A DNA stretch of 63,719 nucleotides, counting the filler, from Chiloscyllium plagiosum (Eukaryota), in NCBI RefSeq assembly GCF_004010195.1. It is 4 parts of one record of this genome, joined end to end, with 100 filler letters (N's around TTAATTAATTAA, not from the genome) between each part and the next. Parts side by side here need not be neighbours in the genome. Positions count along the whole stretch, not along the records: positions 17,204 to 46,849 come from NC_057710.1; positions 46,950 to 56,088 come from NC_057710.1; 2 more parts are not named here. The stretch is one strand, 5' to 3'. The notes beneath the pieces are model-generated. The model had not been told where the DNA came from and did not search any database. It saw nothing but the letters and a program-made list of their open reading frames with translations. Position numbers and translations under genes: made by a program. Positions 36,934 to 49,591 of this stretch are shown here, one piece after another (within the stretch, counting starts at the first letter, position 1; the number at the start of each line of letters is the position of its first letter).

Positions 36934-37509
36934 AAGATATGTCCTTCCCTATCACTAAATACTGTTTCCTACATTGTGTTACCAGATCGAGATTGGAGTA
37001 TATTTGATACTGAATCATGAAATCCACCTATTATTGCTTGAATCATGATATGCATGGGGTTTGTTTTGAAGTTGCAAATTGCTCAGTGGGTTGAACAGCA
37101 AAATTAACAACAACTGCTGCTTTGCATTAGTGTTCAGAGCATTTGAAAGGCACTTACCCATCATTCCAGATTTTTAAGAGGTAATATTCCAAATTTAATT
37201 TTCAGCTATAGCTGAGCTGTGCTGTCCTAAAGACAACCTTAAAAGAAATTTCATGAATCTGTTGGGACTGTAGAAATTCATCTGAATCACAATACATTGG
37301 ATTTTTCTTCAATTTCTTCAAGTTTGTGCCATCTCAGGTGTTTTAAATATTGAGTGAAAGGAGTACTCAACAAATGGCATAACATGAGGAAGCTCAGAGG
37401 AGAAGGCTCTAGTGGTGTCGTGACAGTGTCCCTAGCTCTGGACCAGGAGACCTAAATTCAATGTCAACCTACTTTGGAAATCTGTAAATACACATCTGAA
37501 AAATTTCAT

Positions 37510-38075
37510 TCATCCTATCCAACAACAGAGACACCATGTTAGAGCAGTGCATAACTTTGGTCAGGCCGCAGCTGTAGTGCTGTGCATACTCTAGTGACTG
37601 CACTACAGGAAGAATGGGATTACTCTGCAGGGAGTGCAGAGGGGATTCAAAAGGATGTTGTCTGGGATGGAGCACTTTAGCTGCGAGAAAAGGCTGGGTA
37701 AGCTTGGGTTTGCTTTGGAGCAGGGAAGCCCGAGGGGGAGAACCTGACAGAGGTGCATAAGATTATGAGGGGTGTGAACAGGGTGGATAGAAAGCAGCTG
37801 CTCCTCTTAAAAGGACCAAAAACAACTTTTAAAGTGAAAGGCAAGAGATTGAGAGATTTAAGGAAAGGTTTTTTTTTGAAAACCAGAGACTCAGCGTGAC
37901 GGGGAAAGAGGTCTTGAGTGAACTGGCTGGAAGGGTCCTTGATGTGCATTTGGAATGTCATAATATTCAAGGTTGGGCTTACCGCTGGAAGTTGGGATAA
38001 TTGTAGATTTAGTGTAGCTTTGGCTGTAGAGACGTGATGGGCTGATGGCCTTCTTCTGTACTGTATGATTCAATT
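37510..38075 (+). mobile_element. CR1 3' fragment
   Basis: LVRPQL.. and KIMRGV.RV motifs, 3'UTR. Confidence 0.8.
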
Positions 38076-40199
38076 ATCGGACAGGTACCATTCATTTTGT
38101 ATGTGAGAAGATCAGTCTGATGGACTCTACACAATGTGGGGTTGCAATGGAAACAATACATTGAAGCTGTACAAATCCTAACATGTACATTGTTGAATTT
38201 TTTTAAATTATTGGTTTGGAGGTGTGAGCTGAGAACTGCATGTGATCTTTGAGCTGTGTGTTTCTTTTAAAAACACACCAATATTTACTTATAAGACTGG
38301 GCTGGAAGATACTTATAGGTCGATTTTTGTTCAACAAATACTGTAGATCTTTCAGTTGCAAAGGTGCATTATATCCCAACAGGTGGTAGACGTTTGAATA
38401 TTAACTACGGAACTAAGAACTTCCCTACTCACATAGAAATTGGGTGCATTTCACTTACAAAATGTGGGGGGATAAAGAAAACAAAGTTTGAACTGTTTTT
38501 GTTTGGAGGTTTGATTGTTCCCTGGTTATTCTCCACTATCAATTTATTGCAAGGATCTCATTCATAAATTAATATTCCTTGGAACATAATGAAAGCCATT
38601 TGGATTGATCGGTGACTTTAGAAATCAAGAAAGATACAACCCCAATGTGAGATTATAGAGACTGCTTTAGCAAGTTACCCAGGTAGATTACTTATTTTTC
38701 CTTTTAATTTTTCCTTTAATAAAAGAAAGGAAGTACAACAGTCTGCTCCAATGCAAAGGTAAAATTGAATTTGGAATGGAGTGCATTAAGCCAATGGAAA
38801 TATGCATCAGGAAGGTTAGAGGTAAATCCATTATTCATGGAAACTGACTAAAAATGCTGAACTATACTGGGCCTACATAGCATCTCACAGATAACATTTA
38901 TTGGGCATACATGGTGCCACTAAAACGAAACTCAACCATGGGAATTGCTAAATTCAAAGAATAGATTCAGAAAATAGTGACCCGTCCACATTCATGCTGC
39001 TTCTCTGAATCATGGCAATGTTATTCCTTCAGCAGCATATTTGTAAATAAGTTTTCAAAGTCAAACAAACAAGTAAGCAAGGAATTGGTATTAAGTTGTA
39101 GGCTGCGCATCATCTTTGCGAATCCTTCAGTCTACATGGAAATGTCAAAGAACTAGTCAGAGTAATTCACTCAACAATTTGACAATCATGCTGCACAAAA
39201 CTCTATTCGTTCATAGTATGTGGCATTGCTGGCAAGGATAACATTTATTGCCCCTTTCCAATTGCCCTTCAATTAGCCTGGCTCTCTGAACTACGAGTTC
39301 ATTCACACAATTGGCCATAAGGAACACATTATGTATTGTTGACAGACCACACACACGGACAAGATGCGCTATAACGACAACTCCTATCACTCTACATATA
39401 GGTATATCACATGGACGCCAGTGGTACAAGTTTGCAACTCACCATTGTCACAGGACCACGAGATGGGGAATACACCCTAGACTCGTCAGTTACATCCACA
39501 TCCTATGCAAATAGTTTACAAAGCATGTACATGTCATGGTAGGTCATTACTGTTAACAAGTCTAACAAATACTTTTGTAGCTTGCTTCTGAATAAGGCTG
39601 TGCAGTCATACTTAGCAGTACATCCAATAGATTCAAATCTGCAATAATCGTTAACTTAGGTTTGTCAATATAACAACTTTGTTTAGAATGGTGACACTCA
39701 TCCTTTGTAAACTTCTTTTATTTTAAAGGACTAAACATCTTCACTGGATGCTGATTGTGGCAGGATAGCCGATAGAGGAGTTTGAACTCTGCAAATAACT
39801 CTTCCTGTTTAATGTGGAACACAAGAACATCAAAACTGAAGCTATTGCCAGGACAAAGCTTTGCTTTGGGAGAGGAAATTAGTAGGCAAATTTGCTATGA
39901 TTGGCAGTTCTCTTTATTATACTGTCAAAACACTTCCACATTTCCAATTATTTGAGTTTAAGAGTGTGATTTGTGCTTCAGGTGGAAATTGCTTGTGTGG
40001 TCTTGTATTGAGATAGTATAGCAGTTTACCTACGCCTTGATGGCAACTGGGATGGCCAGAAAATGGTGGTCCAGCCAATGAAAACCATAACCCATTGAAC
40101 ATAAAAGATCAAATTGATAAAACAAAAACCTGCATTCCTGAGACCATGAAGAGCATCATGCGCGAAGTATATCAGATGCCCTGAAAGTACTGTGCCCAA

Positions 40200-40560
40200 T
40201 CTTGTTCTGCAGAAATGCTTACTCTATTGTCTTATCTACTGTGTTAATTTCCTTCAGAGTCATGTAAATTTCAATGAGATTCCATCTCATTCTTTGAAAC
40301 TTTAGAAAATAAGTCACAATTTACTCCATCGTAGAAGCAATTAGTGACCCTTTACTGTTCCACCTCCAATGCAAATATGCTCTTGTTAGTATGGAAGCTA
40401 TACACAGTGCTCCAGACGTGGTCTCACCAAAGCTCTGAACAGTTGTTTCGCGAGGTGCCTTCATTCAGGCACTTCAATTCCCTTTCAGTGAAGGTTAGCA
40501 TGTCTCTTTCCTTTCTAATAGCTTGCTGTACCTGTAAGTTAGCTTTTTGTGATCCAAGTC
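40200..40560 (-). mobile_element. Old CR1 fragment
   Basis: NLQVQQAIRK motif in ORF 40424-40648. Confidence 0.65.
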
Positions 40561-41169
40561 CTACTAAACAGCAACATTTACAAATAAGATAGACAATTAG
40601 TTTATTAGAAACATCAATACGAGAGATGCCAAATTGTAACGCCAACACAAATTTTATAAGTAATCACAATTACCTAACATTAAAAAAAATTGTGAAATAA
40701 AAGGAGGGCACAATTATGATCAGTTCAGTACAAATAATTGCAATTCAATGCAGAACACATAGTTTACATAGTAAAAATAAAAAGTGTATAGTTCACACAT
40801 TACCAGGTTATATTTATTGAATTTTCAGTTAGTTACAAACTGGTTTATGAATTTTATAAAGTTGAGAGCGACTGTCTCGTACTCTATTTCCTCCTGCAAG
40901 CCCTTCAACTTCTAATGCACCATATCTTTTGTGTGGTTGTGGCAACAGATGGTGGCAATAAGTGGTTGGATTCCACAGTGTGAGGGAAATCCTGGTAAGG
41001 TTTATTGACTTTTCAGCAAGGCCACCTTTCAGTTGTTTGATTATGTTCACATAGCTTTGGCAAACATAAATCCAGAATCAGTTTCAGGCATATAGCTTTT
41101 TAAAACTGTTTTGCTCTTCAATTCTTACAATGAAGGTCCACAATACATACCATAATTCATCTAGTGGTC

Positions 41170-41660
41170 CATTTGCTTAGCTTCTCTCTTTTTCTGTGCA
41201 GTTCACTTCACAGCTTACATCTGTCTAGCTTTGCATCAGCAGAAAGTTAAAATATTTGTCTCTTCATTAAAGTCATTCATTAAAGTAGATTACAAATAGC
41301 TGAGGCACAAGCAGATTCCTGGAGTTCTCTACCAGCTACAGCCTGACAATTTGAAAATTTCCTGATTATCTGCCATTGCTGATTGAATTTGGAATGGTTG
41401 ACTACTGCCCAGAAATCTTGTTATTCCTACTCTTCACTTCCTGTCTGTTTCCAGTGCCTGCTATTCACGTTAACTAACATATCAACATACGTCCAAGACA
41501 CCTTACCTTCCATATAACTTGTGATACCTTATTGAATGCCACTTGGGAATGCAAGTTCACTACAATCTACCGTTTTCCCTTGATTTACTCAACGAGTTAC
41601 ATCCTCAAAATACTTCAATAAATTTGTCAAACAATATTTCTCTTTCAAAGAAACATGATG
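41170..41660 (-). mobile_element. Old CR1 RT relic
   Basis: CLTNLLKYFEDVT and FADAK-like motifs. Confidence 0.65.
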
Positions 41661-42179
41661 ACTTTGACTTCTAACTCTGAGAAGTTTATGAAGGATATCT
41701 TTATGAGATTTCAACCTTTTCCCAATGACATTCAAAAACTGACAAGCGAATGCAGCAACACCCTCCACCAACACAATGCACTGCAGCAACTCACCAAGTC
41801 ACCTTCCAAATCCACAAAACTGGACAACATAAAACAACAGGGATTACATATATAGGAATGCCAGCACCTGCAAGATCCCCTCAAAGTCACACTAATATGA
41901 CTTCACTGTTGTTTGATGAAAGTCTAGAATTACTTTCCGAACACCACTTGCACTACGTGGACTGCATAAGCCAAGAAGACAGCATATTGTCACATTCTCA
42001 AGTGTGATAGGGATGAGCAGCAGTGCTCTTGCTCACAATAATCACCCGAAGAGTGAATGATGTCAGTGTTCCTGGCAAGGCTACTATTTATTGCTCTATC
42101 TCTACATGATGGATGGATGCCTTGCTGTGTCATTTAGTATAGTTTTGGTATTGTTTTCAGAAACCAGAAAAGGAACGAG

Positions 42180-42330
42180 GCTGTTGACTTGCTCACTGAG
42201 CTGGTAAGTTTGATGGTAGATGTTTCGTCACCATTCCACTAACATCATCAGTGAGTCTCTGATGAAGCGCTGATGTTTTGTTCCACTTGCTATTTGTGTG
42301 TCTGGGTCTGCTGGAGCTTGTGGTGTCATA
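42180..42330 (-). mobile_element. PLE terminus (family of 27708) with decayed hammerhead
   Basis: Minus strand CTGATGATGTTAGTGGAATGGTGACGAAACATC at about 42217-42250. Confidence 0.7.
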
Positions 42331-43719
42331 AATAGAATACTTTTCATTCACTTGTGGGACATGGACATCACTATTACCGGCATTTATTCTCCATCCCTAG
42401 CTGCTCAAGGTGTTAATCCTTTATTATTTTTTTCTCTGAAAAGAAGAGCAGGTTTGAATAAAAATCTCAACTTTTTATCCAATAACTGCCAAATGACCAA
42501 GGGATGCTCACAAATTTTCTCTTCAGTATTATTCCTTTCAAATCTAATCTTGACATTCCACTGTAGAAGCTGTAATGGGATTTTGACAAAAGGATTTTTT
42601 TTTTGTGAACTACTAATTGAGGTGAAGGAGCAGGACTACAGTTTTGAAGGATTAAATCAAATTTAGTGATGGGGATTACACTTCTAAAAGATTTAAAGAT
42701 TGAAATTAACCATCCTGGAACCTCTTACTCCCAGGATTAACTGAAATGTTATCGACTTGTTCCCATCTCCACACCACATTCTTGTCGAAATCATGGTAAT
42801 CATCTCACAAATGAACAATTCACACAACTAATAGTACTCAAGGCTCAAGTCAGCAAAACAAATCAATGCCCTTTCCTGAGCATTTATACAGTGACCACAT
42901 TCACATTCATGTTATTCCTCTATTCTCTCTCGGCGTAAACTTCCAGATAACTGCTCCACAAATTTTCCACTCAAAGTCATCTCTTGCTTTTCAAGATACT
43001 CTAGCAGACAAATAAGATACAAAATAAAGAGTATGAAATAAAATAAAATCCCAACATAAGGAATATAAGCTTCAGAGAACATGAACCATCAAATAAAACT
43101 TGTTTGTTCAGTGCAGACTTCAAAACAATTCAGTTACTAATTATGAACAATAGTGCATTTATTAGTCTGAAACTGGAACCAAGCCAGGCATGTGACAAGC
43201 CACAATACGCCTGTACTAGTGTGTGCTAGACTCCCCAAATAACGCACACGACTGCACTATTTGAAACCTTTATTTGTAAGTTGTGTATTTTCTGAAAAAA
43301 AACTGATAAATGGACAAGTGAAATATTTATTTGTGTTCTGCAACTGTTTTCAGGTAATCCGATATCCTAAAAAAAGTGAAATACTGCCAATACTAAAGAT
43401 CTGAATAAGAACAATGATTGAGAAACTTATCAGATCTGGTCGCATCTGTGGGGAGAGAGAAGCAGAATTAACATTGAGTCCCTTAGGATTTCCTATAATC
43501 AATAGATACCCTGAATACACAAGCACCTCTCAAGGACCTTATATTAGAAAATGCTGCCATGTAACCAATATTTTAAAAACATTAGAAAGTGGAATTAAGT
43601 CACACTTTCAGTAGCTTTTTGGATCATTACTGGGCGCAGTACAATCTGGGCATCACACATTAAATCACAAAAGCAGCAGCTTCTCAAAAGCACAAGTCAG
43701 AGGTTTATGGCGACTCAAT

Positions 43720-44040
43720 CTGAGGTGACTTTGTTGGCTTGGGTCCATCCAGTGTGATGGAAGATCGTCGCATATCTAAGGAGGTTCTGAACAGCAAGGT
43801 AGCCAGAGTCAGACAAGAAGTCTCCACTTCAAGTATGTCGGTAAAGGGACAGAAAGACATTAAGTCGGAGTCACACCAGTGGGTGATGACGACCATGAAC
43901 CTATGGTCCAGCAATGATGTTTGGTGGCAGAATGACAAATATCAAGCCCCAATAACCACTAGCCACTTCAAGTGGTACCTGCCAAGAACCTGCTTCACAC
44001 AGCTTGGACCCTTCATTCGGAGAAGCACATCACATAAACT
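43720..44040 (+). mobile_element. RTE-clade LINE 3' relic
   Basis: L.WLG..MEDRRISKEVL resembles the RTE C-terminal WLGH..RM.D.R.PK motif (frameshifted). Confidence 0.55.
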
Positions 44041-44306
44041 TATCCTTTCTAAATTGGACAGAAGGGATGGGGAGTCAAATTCAACTTTAGAATACAGAGG
44101 GAAACAAGCAGACTTGGGGAGGTGGGAGGGTATGGGCTGAGTAAACAAGCCCACTGCACAGCTGGGAAGGGGATGTGTGGAGTTTGGGCGAATGCAGTCA
44201 CCTTGAGAAAGGGCAGAGAAAACTGAGGCCAAGTGGGGAAGGAGATTATTTTGGGCCTCTGGCTGGGGACAGGACAGGGGTGGAAACAAAACTGCCTAGG
44301 GAAAGG

Positions 44307-44511
44307 GCTTAAAAATGTGTTGCTGGAAAAGCGCAGTAGGTCCGGCAGCATCAAAGGAGAAGGAGGATTAACGTTTCGGTCATAAGCTGAAGAAGGGCTT
44401 ATGACCGAAACGTCGATTCTCCTTCTCCTTTGATGCTGCCTGACCTGCTGCGCTTTTCCAGCAACACATTTTTAAGGTCTGATCCCCAGCATCTGCAGTC
44501 CTCACTTTCTC
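44307..44511. mobile_element. Fold-back mini-Penelope with 15-bp TSD; hammerhead core on + strand 44387-44414
   Basis: TSD CTGCCTAGGGAAAGG at 44292-44306 and 44512-44526; CTGAAGAAGGGCTTATGACCGAAACGTC. Confidence 0.9.
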
Positions 44512-44526
44512 CTGCCTAGGGAAAGG

Positions 44527-44630
44527 AACAAAAGCAGAAATTGCTGGAAAAACTCAGCAGATCTGACTGCATCTGTGAAGAGAAATCAGAGAAAATGTTT
44601 CAGGGCCAGTGATCCTTCTTCAAAACTGAA
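44527..44630 (-). mobile_element. PLE terminus relic (family of 56610)
   Basis: Reverse complement resembles 56660-56760; core decayed. Confidence 0.7.
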
Positions 44631-44859
44631 TGGGGAAGAAAATGCAGTTTGAGGAAGGGGGGAATAGACTAGCTAGCAACAGTGAGGGTAGATGCAGAGA
44701 AGCACTGAGATTGAGCTGAGCAAGGCTGTGGTGGGACTCCTGTTAGGGTGAGAGGACAGACTGTTAGTTGTAGGGAATGCTGGATGACTGAAGAAATTGA
44801 GGGTTTGGTTAAGAAAAAGAAGGAAGCATATGCAAGGTATAGACAGGATAGATTGAGTG

Positions 44860-45452
44860 AATTCTGGATTAGTGGTGCTCCAAGAGCACAGCAGTTCAGG
44901 CAGCTTCCGAGGAGCAGTAAAATCGACGTTTCGGGCAAAAGCCCTTCATCAGGAATAAAGGCAGAGAGCCTGAAGCGTGGAGAGATAAGCTAGAGGAGGG
45001 TGNNNNNNNNNNNNNNNNNNNNNNNNNNNNNNNNNNNNNNNNNNNNNNNNNNNNNNNNNNNNNNNNNNNNNNNNNNNNNNNNNNNNNNNNNNNNNNNNNN
45101 NNNNNNNNNNNNNNNNNNNNNNNNNNNNNNNNNNNNCTCTGCTAGGAGGCGCCCAGTCTCCCCAATGTAGAGGAGACCGCATCGGGAGCAACGGATACAA
45201 TAAATGATATTAGTGGATGTGCAGGTAAAACTTTGATGGATGTGGAAGGCTCCTTTAGGGCCTTGGATGGAGGTGAGGAAGGTGATGTGGGTGCAGGTTT
45301 TGCAGTTCCTGCGGTGGCAGGGTAAGGTGCCAGGATGGGAGGGTGGGTTGTAGGGGAGCGTGGACCTGACCAGGTAGTCACGGAGGGAACGGTCTTTGCA
45401 GAAGGCGGAAAGGGGTGGGGAGGGAAATATATCCCTGGTGGTGGGGTCTCCT
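44860..45452 (-). mobile_element. Penelope-like (Neptune-type) 3' fragment: Cys linker, GIY-YIG, pLTR
   Basis: Minus frame PCHRRNCKTC..FTCTSTNIIYCIRCSRCGLLYIGETGRLLAE (about 45137-45335); gap 45003-45136. Confidence 0.9.
44925..44952 (-). ncRNA. Minimal hammerhead ribozyme, core intact
   Basis: CUGAUGA-A-GGGC-UUUU-GCCC-GAAA-CGU-C. Confidence 0.85.
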
Positions 45453-46542
45453 GAGAAGAGTATAAAGGAATATACTTAAGAGGGAAATCAGGAGGGCAAA
45501 AAGGGGACACAAGATAGCTTTGGCAAATAGAATTAAGGAGAATCCAAAGAGTTTTTACAAATACATTAAGGACAAATGGGTAACTAGGGAGAGAATAGGG
45601 CCCTTCAAAGATCAGCAGGGCGGCCTTTGTGTGGAGCCGCAGAAAATGGGAGCGATACGAAATGAGTATTTTGCATCAGTATTTTGCATCAGTATTTACT
45701 GTGGAAAAGGATATGGAAGATATAGAATGTAGTAAAGTAGATGGTGTCATCATGCAAAATGTCCAGATTACAGAGGAGGAAGTGCTGGATGTCTTGAAAT
45801 GGGTAAAGGTGGGGACCTGATCAGGTGTACCCGAGAATCTGTGGGAAGCTAGAGAAGTGATTGCTGGGCCTCTTGCTCAGACATTTGTATCATCAATAGT
45901 CACAGGTGAGATGCCAGCAGACTGGAGGTTAGCTAACATGGTGCCACTGTTTAAGAAGGGTGGCAAGGACAAGCCAGGGAACTATAGACCAGTGAGCCTG
46001 ATGTCGGTGGTGGGCAAGTTGTTGGAGGGAATCCTGAGGGACAGGATGTACATGTATTTGGAAAGGCAAGGACTGAATAAGGATCGTCAACATGGCTTTG
46101 TGCATGGGAAATCATGTCTCACAAACTTGATTGAGTTTTTTGAGGAAGTAACAAAGAGGATTGATGAGGGCAGAGCGGTAGATGTGATCTATGTGGACTT
46201 CAGTAAGGCGTTCGACAAGGTTCCCTATGGGAGACTGATAAGCAAGGTTAGATATCATGGAATAAAGGGAGAACTAGCCATTTGGATACAGAACTGGCTC
46301 AAAGGTAGAAGACAGAGGGTGGTGGTGGAGCGTTGTTTTTCAGACTAGAAGCCTGTGACCAGTGGAGTGCCACAAGTATTGGTGCTGGGTCCTCTACATT
46401 TTGTCATTTACACAAATGATTTGGATGCGAGCATAAGAGGTACAGTTAGTAAGTTTGCAGATGACACCAAAATTGGAGGTGTAGTGGACAGCGTAGAGGG
46501 TTACCTCAGATTACAACAAGATCTTGACCAGATGGGCGAATG

Positions 46543-46712
46543 TGAGGACTGCAGATGCTGGGGATCAGAGCTTAAAAATGTGCTGCTGGAAACGTGCAGC
46601 AGGTCAGGCAGCATCAAAGGAGAAGGAGAATCGCTTATGCCCGAAACGTCGATTCTCCTTCTCCTTTGATGCTGCCTGACCTGCTGCGCTTTTCCAGCAA
46701 CACATTTTTAAG
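46543..46712. mobile_element. Fold-back mini-Penelope with 14-bp TSD inside CR1 RT
   Basis: TSD CAGATGGGCGAATG at 46529-46542 and 46713-46726; only the 3' half of the hammerhead is retained. Confidence 0.92.
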
Positions 46713-46949
46713 CAGATGGGCGAATGGGCTGAGAAGTGGCAGACGGGAGTTTAATTCAGATAAATGCGAGGTGCTGCATTTTGGGAAAGCAAATCTTAGC
46801 AGGACTTATACACTTAATGGTAAGGTCCTAGGGAGTGTTGCTGAACAAANNNNNNNNNNNNNNNNNNNNNNNNNNNNNNNNNNNNNNNNNNNNTTAATTA
46901 ATTAANNNNNNNNNNNNNNNNNNNNNNNNNNNNNNNNNNNNNNNNNNNN

Positions 46950-47636
46950 GAACAACAGAAGGATATTCAGGCCTTTGACCCTGTTACACTTGAATAGGAC
47001 GAGGCTGTTCAGCCCCTGGAGCCTGATGTATATTTACAGGAGGAGGCCAATCAGCCCCTCGAATCTATAACACTGGCCCCAGAGTAGGCCATGCGACACC
47101 AGTATCCTGTCACAGAACAACAGGATCAATCCATTCAGCCACTTCATGTTCGTAACAGAGGATCTGTAAGCGATCCTGCAATGACTGGAGATTTGTTACA
47201 CTGGGATAACAGGAGGCCATTCAGACTCTCCGAGCCTGTTGCAAGGGAATTGGATAGGATATTAACTATCAGAGACTTATTTCATGAGAAAGGAGAAGGT
47301 AATTCAGTCACATGTCTGTTGTATGGGAACAAGAGAAGACCAATCGCTCCCTTGGCACCATCTCTGGGATACATGAGGAGACCGTTCAGTATCTCCACCT
47401 ATTATGGAGGAATATGAGAAGACCCATCAGCTCCTCAAAATGGTACACGGCAACGGGAAAATTCAATAATCCCCCATCCTTCTAACGCATCAACAGGAGG
47501 AGGTCATTCTGGCCTTGGTGATGACAACATGGGAACACCAGAAATACTTCATCCCATCGATTTTGTACACCAGCAGGATGATGAGTCCATTCAGCCACAC
47601 ATGCCACTTGCACAGCAATTGGAGCAGATCTGTTAA
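46950..47636 (+). repeat. Highly degenerate ~40-bp minisatellite (approx. ACACTGGGAACAGGAGGAGGCCATTCAGCCCCTCGAGCCTGTT)
   Basis: Recurrent CAGGAGGAGGCCA.TCAGCCCCT-like units. Confidence 0.75.
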
Positions 47637-47749
47637 AACCTATTGTCCATTAAACAGGAATTCAAAGACAACGTGAACGTTTTCGAAAGGGAAGAACTTA
47701 TAATAACTGAATACACTGGGAGTAAAACGTAACAATTGTAACTGTAATT

Positions 47750-48375
47750 GTAACTATTGAATTTTAAGGCAAATAATTAGAATCCATTTTTGAGGACATT
47801 TGCAAACTTAAACCACACTCCATCGGAGTTAACATGATTTTACAAAGGATAAATCAAGTTTGAAGTGTTTTCTTGAGTTATTTAAAGATGTGACAAACAA
47901 GATGAAGAGTGGGAATTCTGGAGATGGAATATACCTGGTCTTCATGAAGGATTCGGGTATGTAACGTCTACAACGAGTAAGTGGTAAGATCACACAATGA
48001 GTTTAGGAGTAATTTATTAGCTTGGATGGAGGATTGGTTAACCAACAAAATGCAGTCAGTTGGAATAAATGTGTCATTTCCTTTTGGAAAATGCCATTTG
48101 TGGGGTGTCATAGATTTCAGTTCTTATGCCTCAACCATTTGCGATCAATATTATTCATTGGTTGACGGGATAGAAAATACTTTAGCTACATTTCAGATGA
48201 CACTAACATTGGTGGGAAATTGCTTCTGAAGGATGATGCAACGGATTTAAAAACTATATGGATAGGTTGGGTGAATGGGCAAACATTAGACAATGAAAAT
48301 TAAAGTGGATAAATGTGAGGTTATTCAAATTCCCCAGCGTAATATAGAGGCAAGCTATTATCTAAATGGAGAGAT
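47750..48375 (+). mobile_element. Old CR1 RT relic
   Basis: LLAWMEDWLTN motif. Confidence 0.7.
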
Positions 48376-48376
48376 A

Positions 48377-48555
48377 AATGCCCTGCCAGTAGCAGTGATG
48401 GACTCTCCCTCTTTATGGGCATTTAAACGGGCATTAGATAGGCATATGGAGGATAATGGGCTAGTGTAGGTTAGGTGGGCTTGGATCGGCGCAACATCGA
48501 GGGCCAAAGGGCCTGTACTGCGCTGTATTTTCCTATGTTCTATGTTCTATGTTCT
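48377..48555 (+). mobile_element. Young CR1 extreme 3' end
   Basis: NALP..FKRALD motif, retained CpGs, (CTATGTT)n tail. Confidence 0.85.
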
Positions 48556-48989
48556 TTGACAATTGCAATGTTACTATTTGCCAATTCGGTTTTGAGTTCA
48601 GATAAGGGTCAGTCTAGTAGAAAAGTGGATCTACTTAAAGTTGAACTCTTTCAAAACTCTTGCTTGTGCGAAGACCTTCTTAAGATTACCGGTTGTGTTC
48701 ACGATGTTAACTCTATTTTTAGAAAAAGTTTCAAATTAAAATCTTCATGTTTGTGTCTCAATGTCTGTGTCTATTGACTTTCTAACCAAATTTAAACCTC
48801 CTCCAACTCTAATTTCCTTGCTGTACCTCTTCCCTTCATACATTAGAATTATTGAGACAAAACACCAAACACCCCTCCTTTCCCAAAACACCCAACCTGC
48901 TCCACCTCAGGGTCCTTCATTGAGATCATCCTTCACATCTCCCCCTGTTTGAGAAAACTTTGGTCAATCCTCCTAATGATAACTTCATT

Positions 48990-49260
48990 GGTTCCAGGTC
49001 AGTGGCTTGGAGGGGAACTCGCAGGTGGTGGTGTTCCCATGTATCTACTGGCCTTGTCCTTCTCAATGAAAGTGGGTGTGGGTTTGGAAAGTGCTGTCTG
49101 AGGATGCTTGGTAAATTTCTGCAGTGCATCTTGTAGATAGGACACACTGCTGTTCCTGAGCGTCGGTGGAGGGAGGAGATGTTTGTGGATGTGATGCTCA
49201 GCAAACTGGCTGCTTTATCCTGGATGGTGTCGAGCTTCTTGATTAGTGCTGGAGCTGTTG
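48990..49260 (-). mobile_element. LINE family B fragment
   Basis: KLDTIQDKAA..SLHRR..IYKMHC. Confidence 0.8.
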
Positions 49261-49591
49261 GGTGGGATCTTTCCTGTTTCTTTAAAATTTTCTGGTTGGG
49301 TCGGTGACATGAAGACATAGAAAATGTATACAGCCATTCGTCCCTTCAAGCCCTCCCCTCCAATTAATCTGATCACAGCTGAATCTTCAAATCAGTATTC
49401 TGTTCCTCATTTCTCCCTGGGTCCTTTGATCCCTATAGCCCTAGGTATTATACCAACCACCTTCTTGAAAATGTCCAATATTTTGTTCTCAATTGCTTTC
49501 ACAAGCAGATAATTCCATAGGCTCACTATTCTCTGGCTGAAGAAATTTCTCTTCATTTCAAACATGAATGGTCTACCCTATATCATTAGGG

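Larger units (their letters stand above)
44770..46849 (+). mobile_element. CR1 ORF2 (linker + RT) interrupted by two PLE insertions
   Basis: ORFs 45520-45732, 45857-46348 (DFSKAFDKVP) and 46355-46669 (FADDTK). Confidence 0.95.

Noticed and set aside
46950..47636. CRISPR-like spaced repeats
   Set aside because: Eukaryotic context, no constant repeat/unique spacer pattern, no cas genes; it is a degenerate minisatellite.
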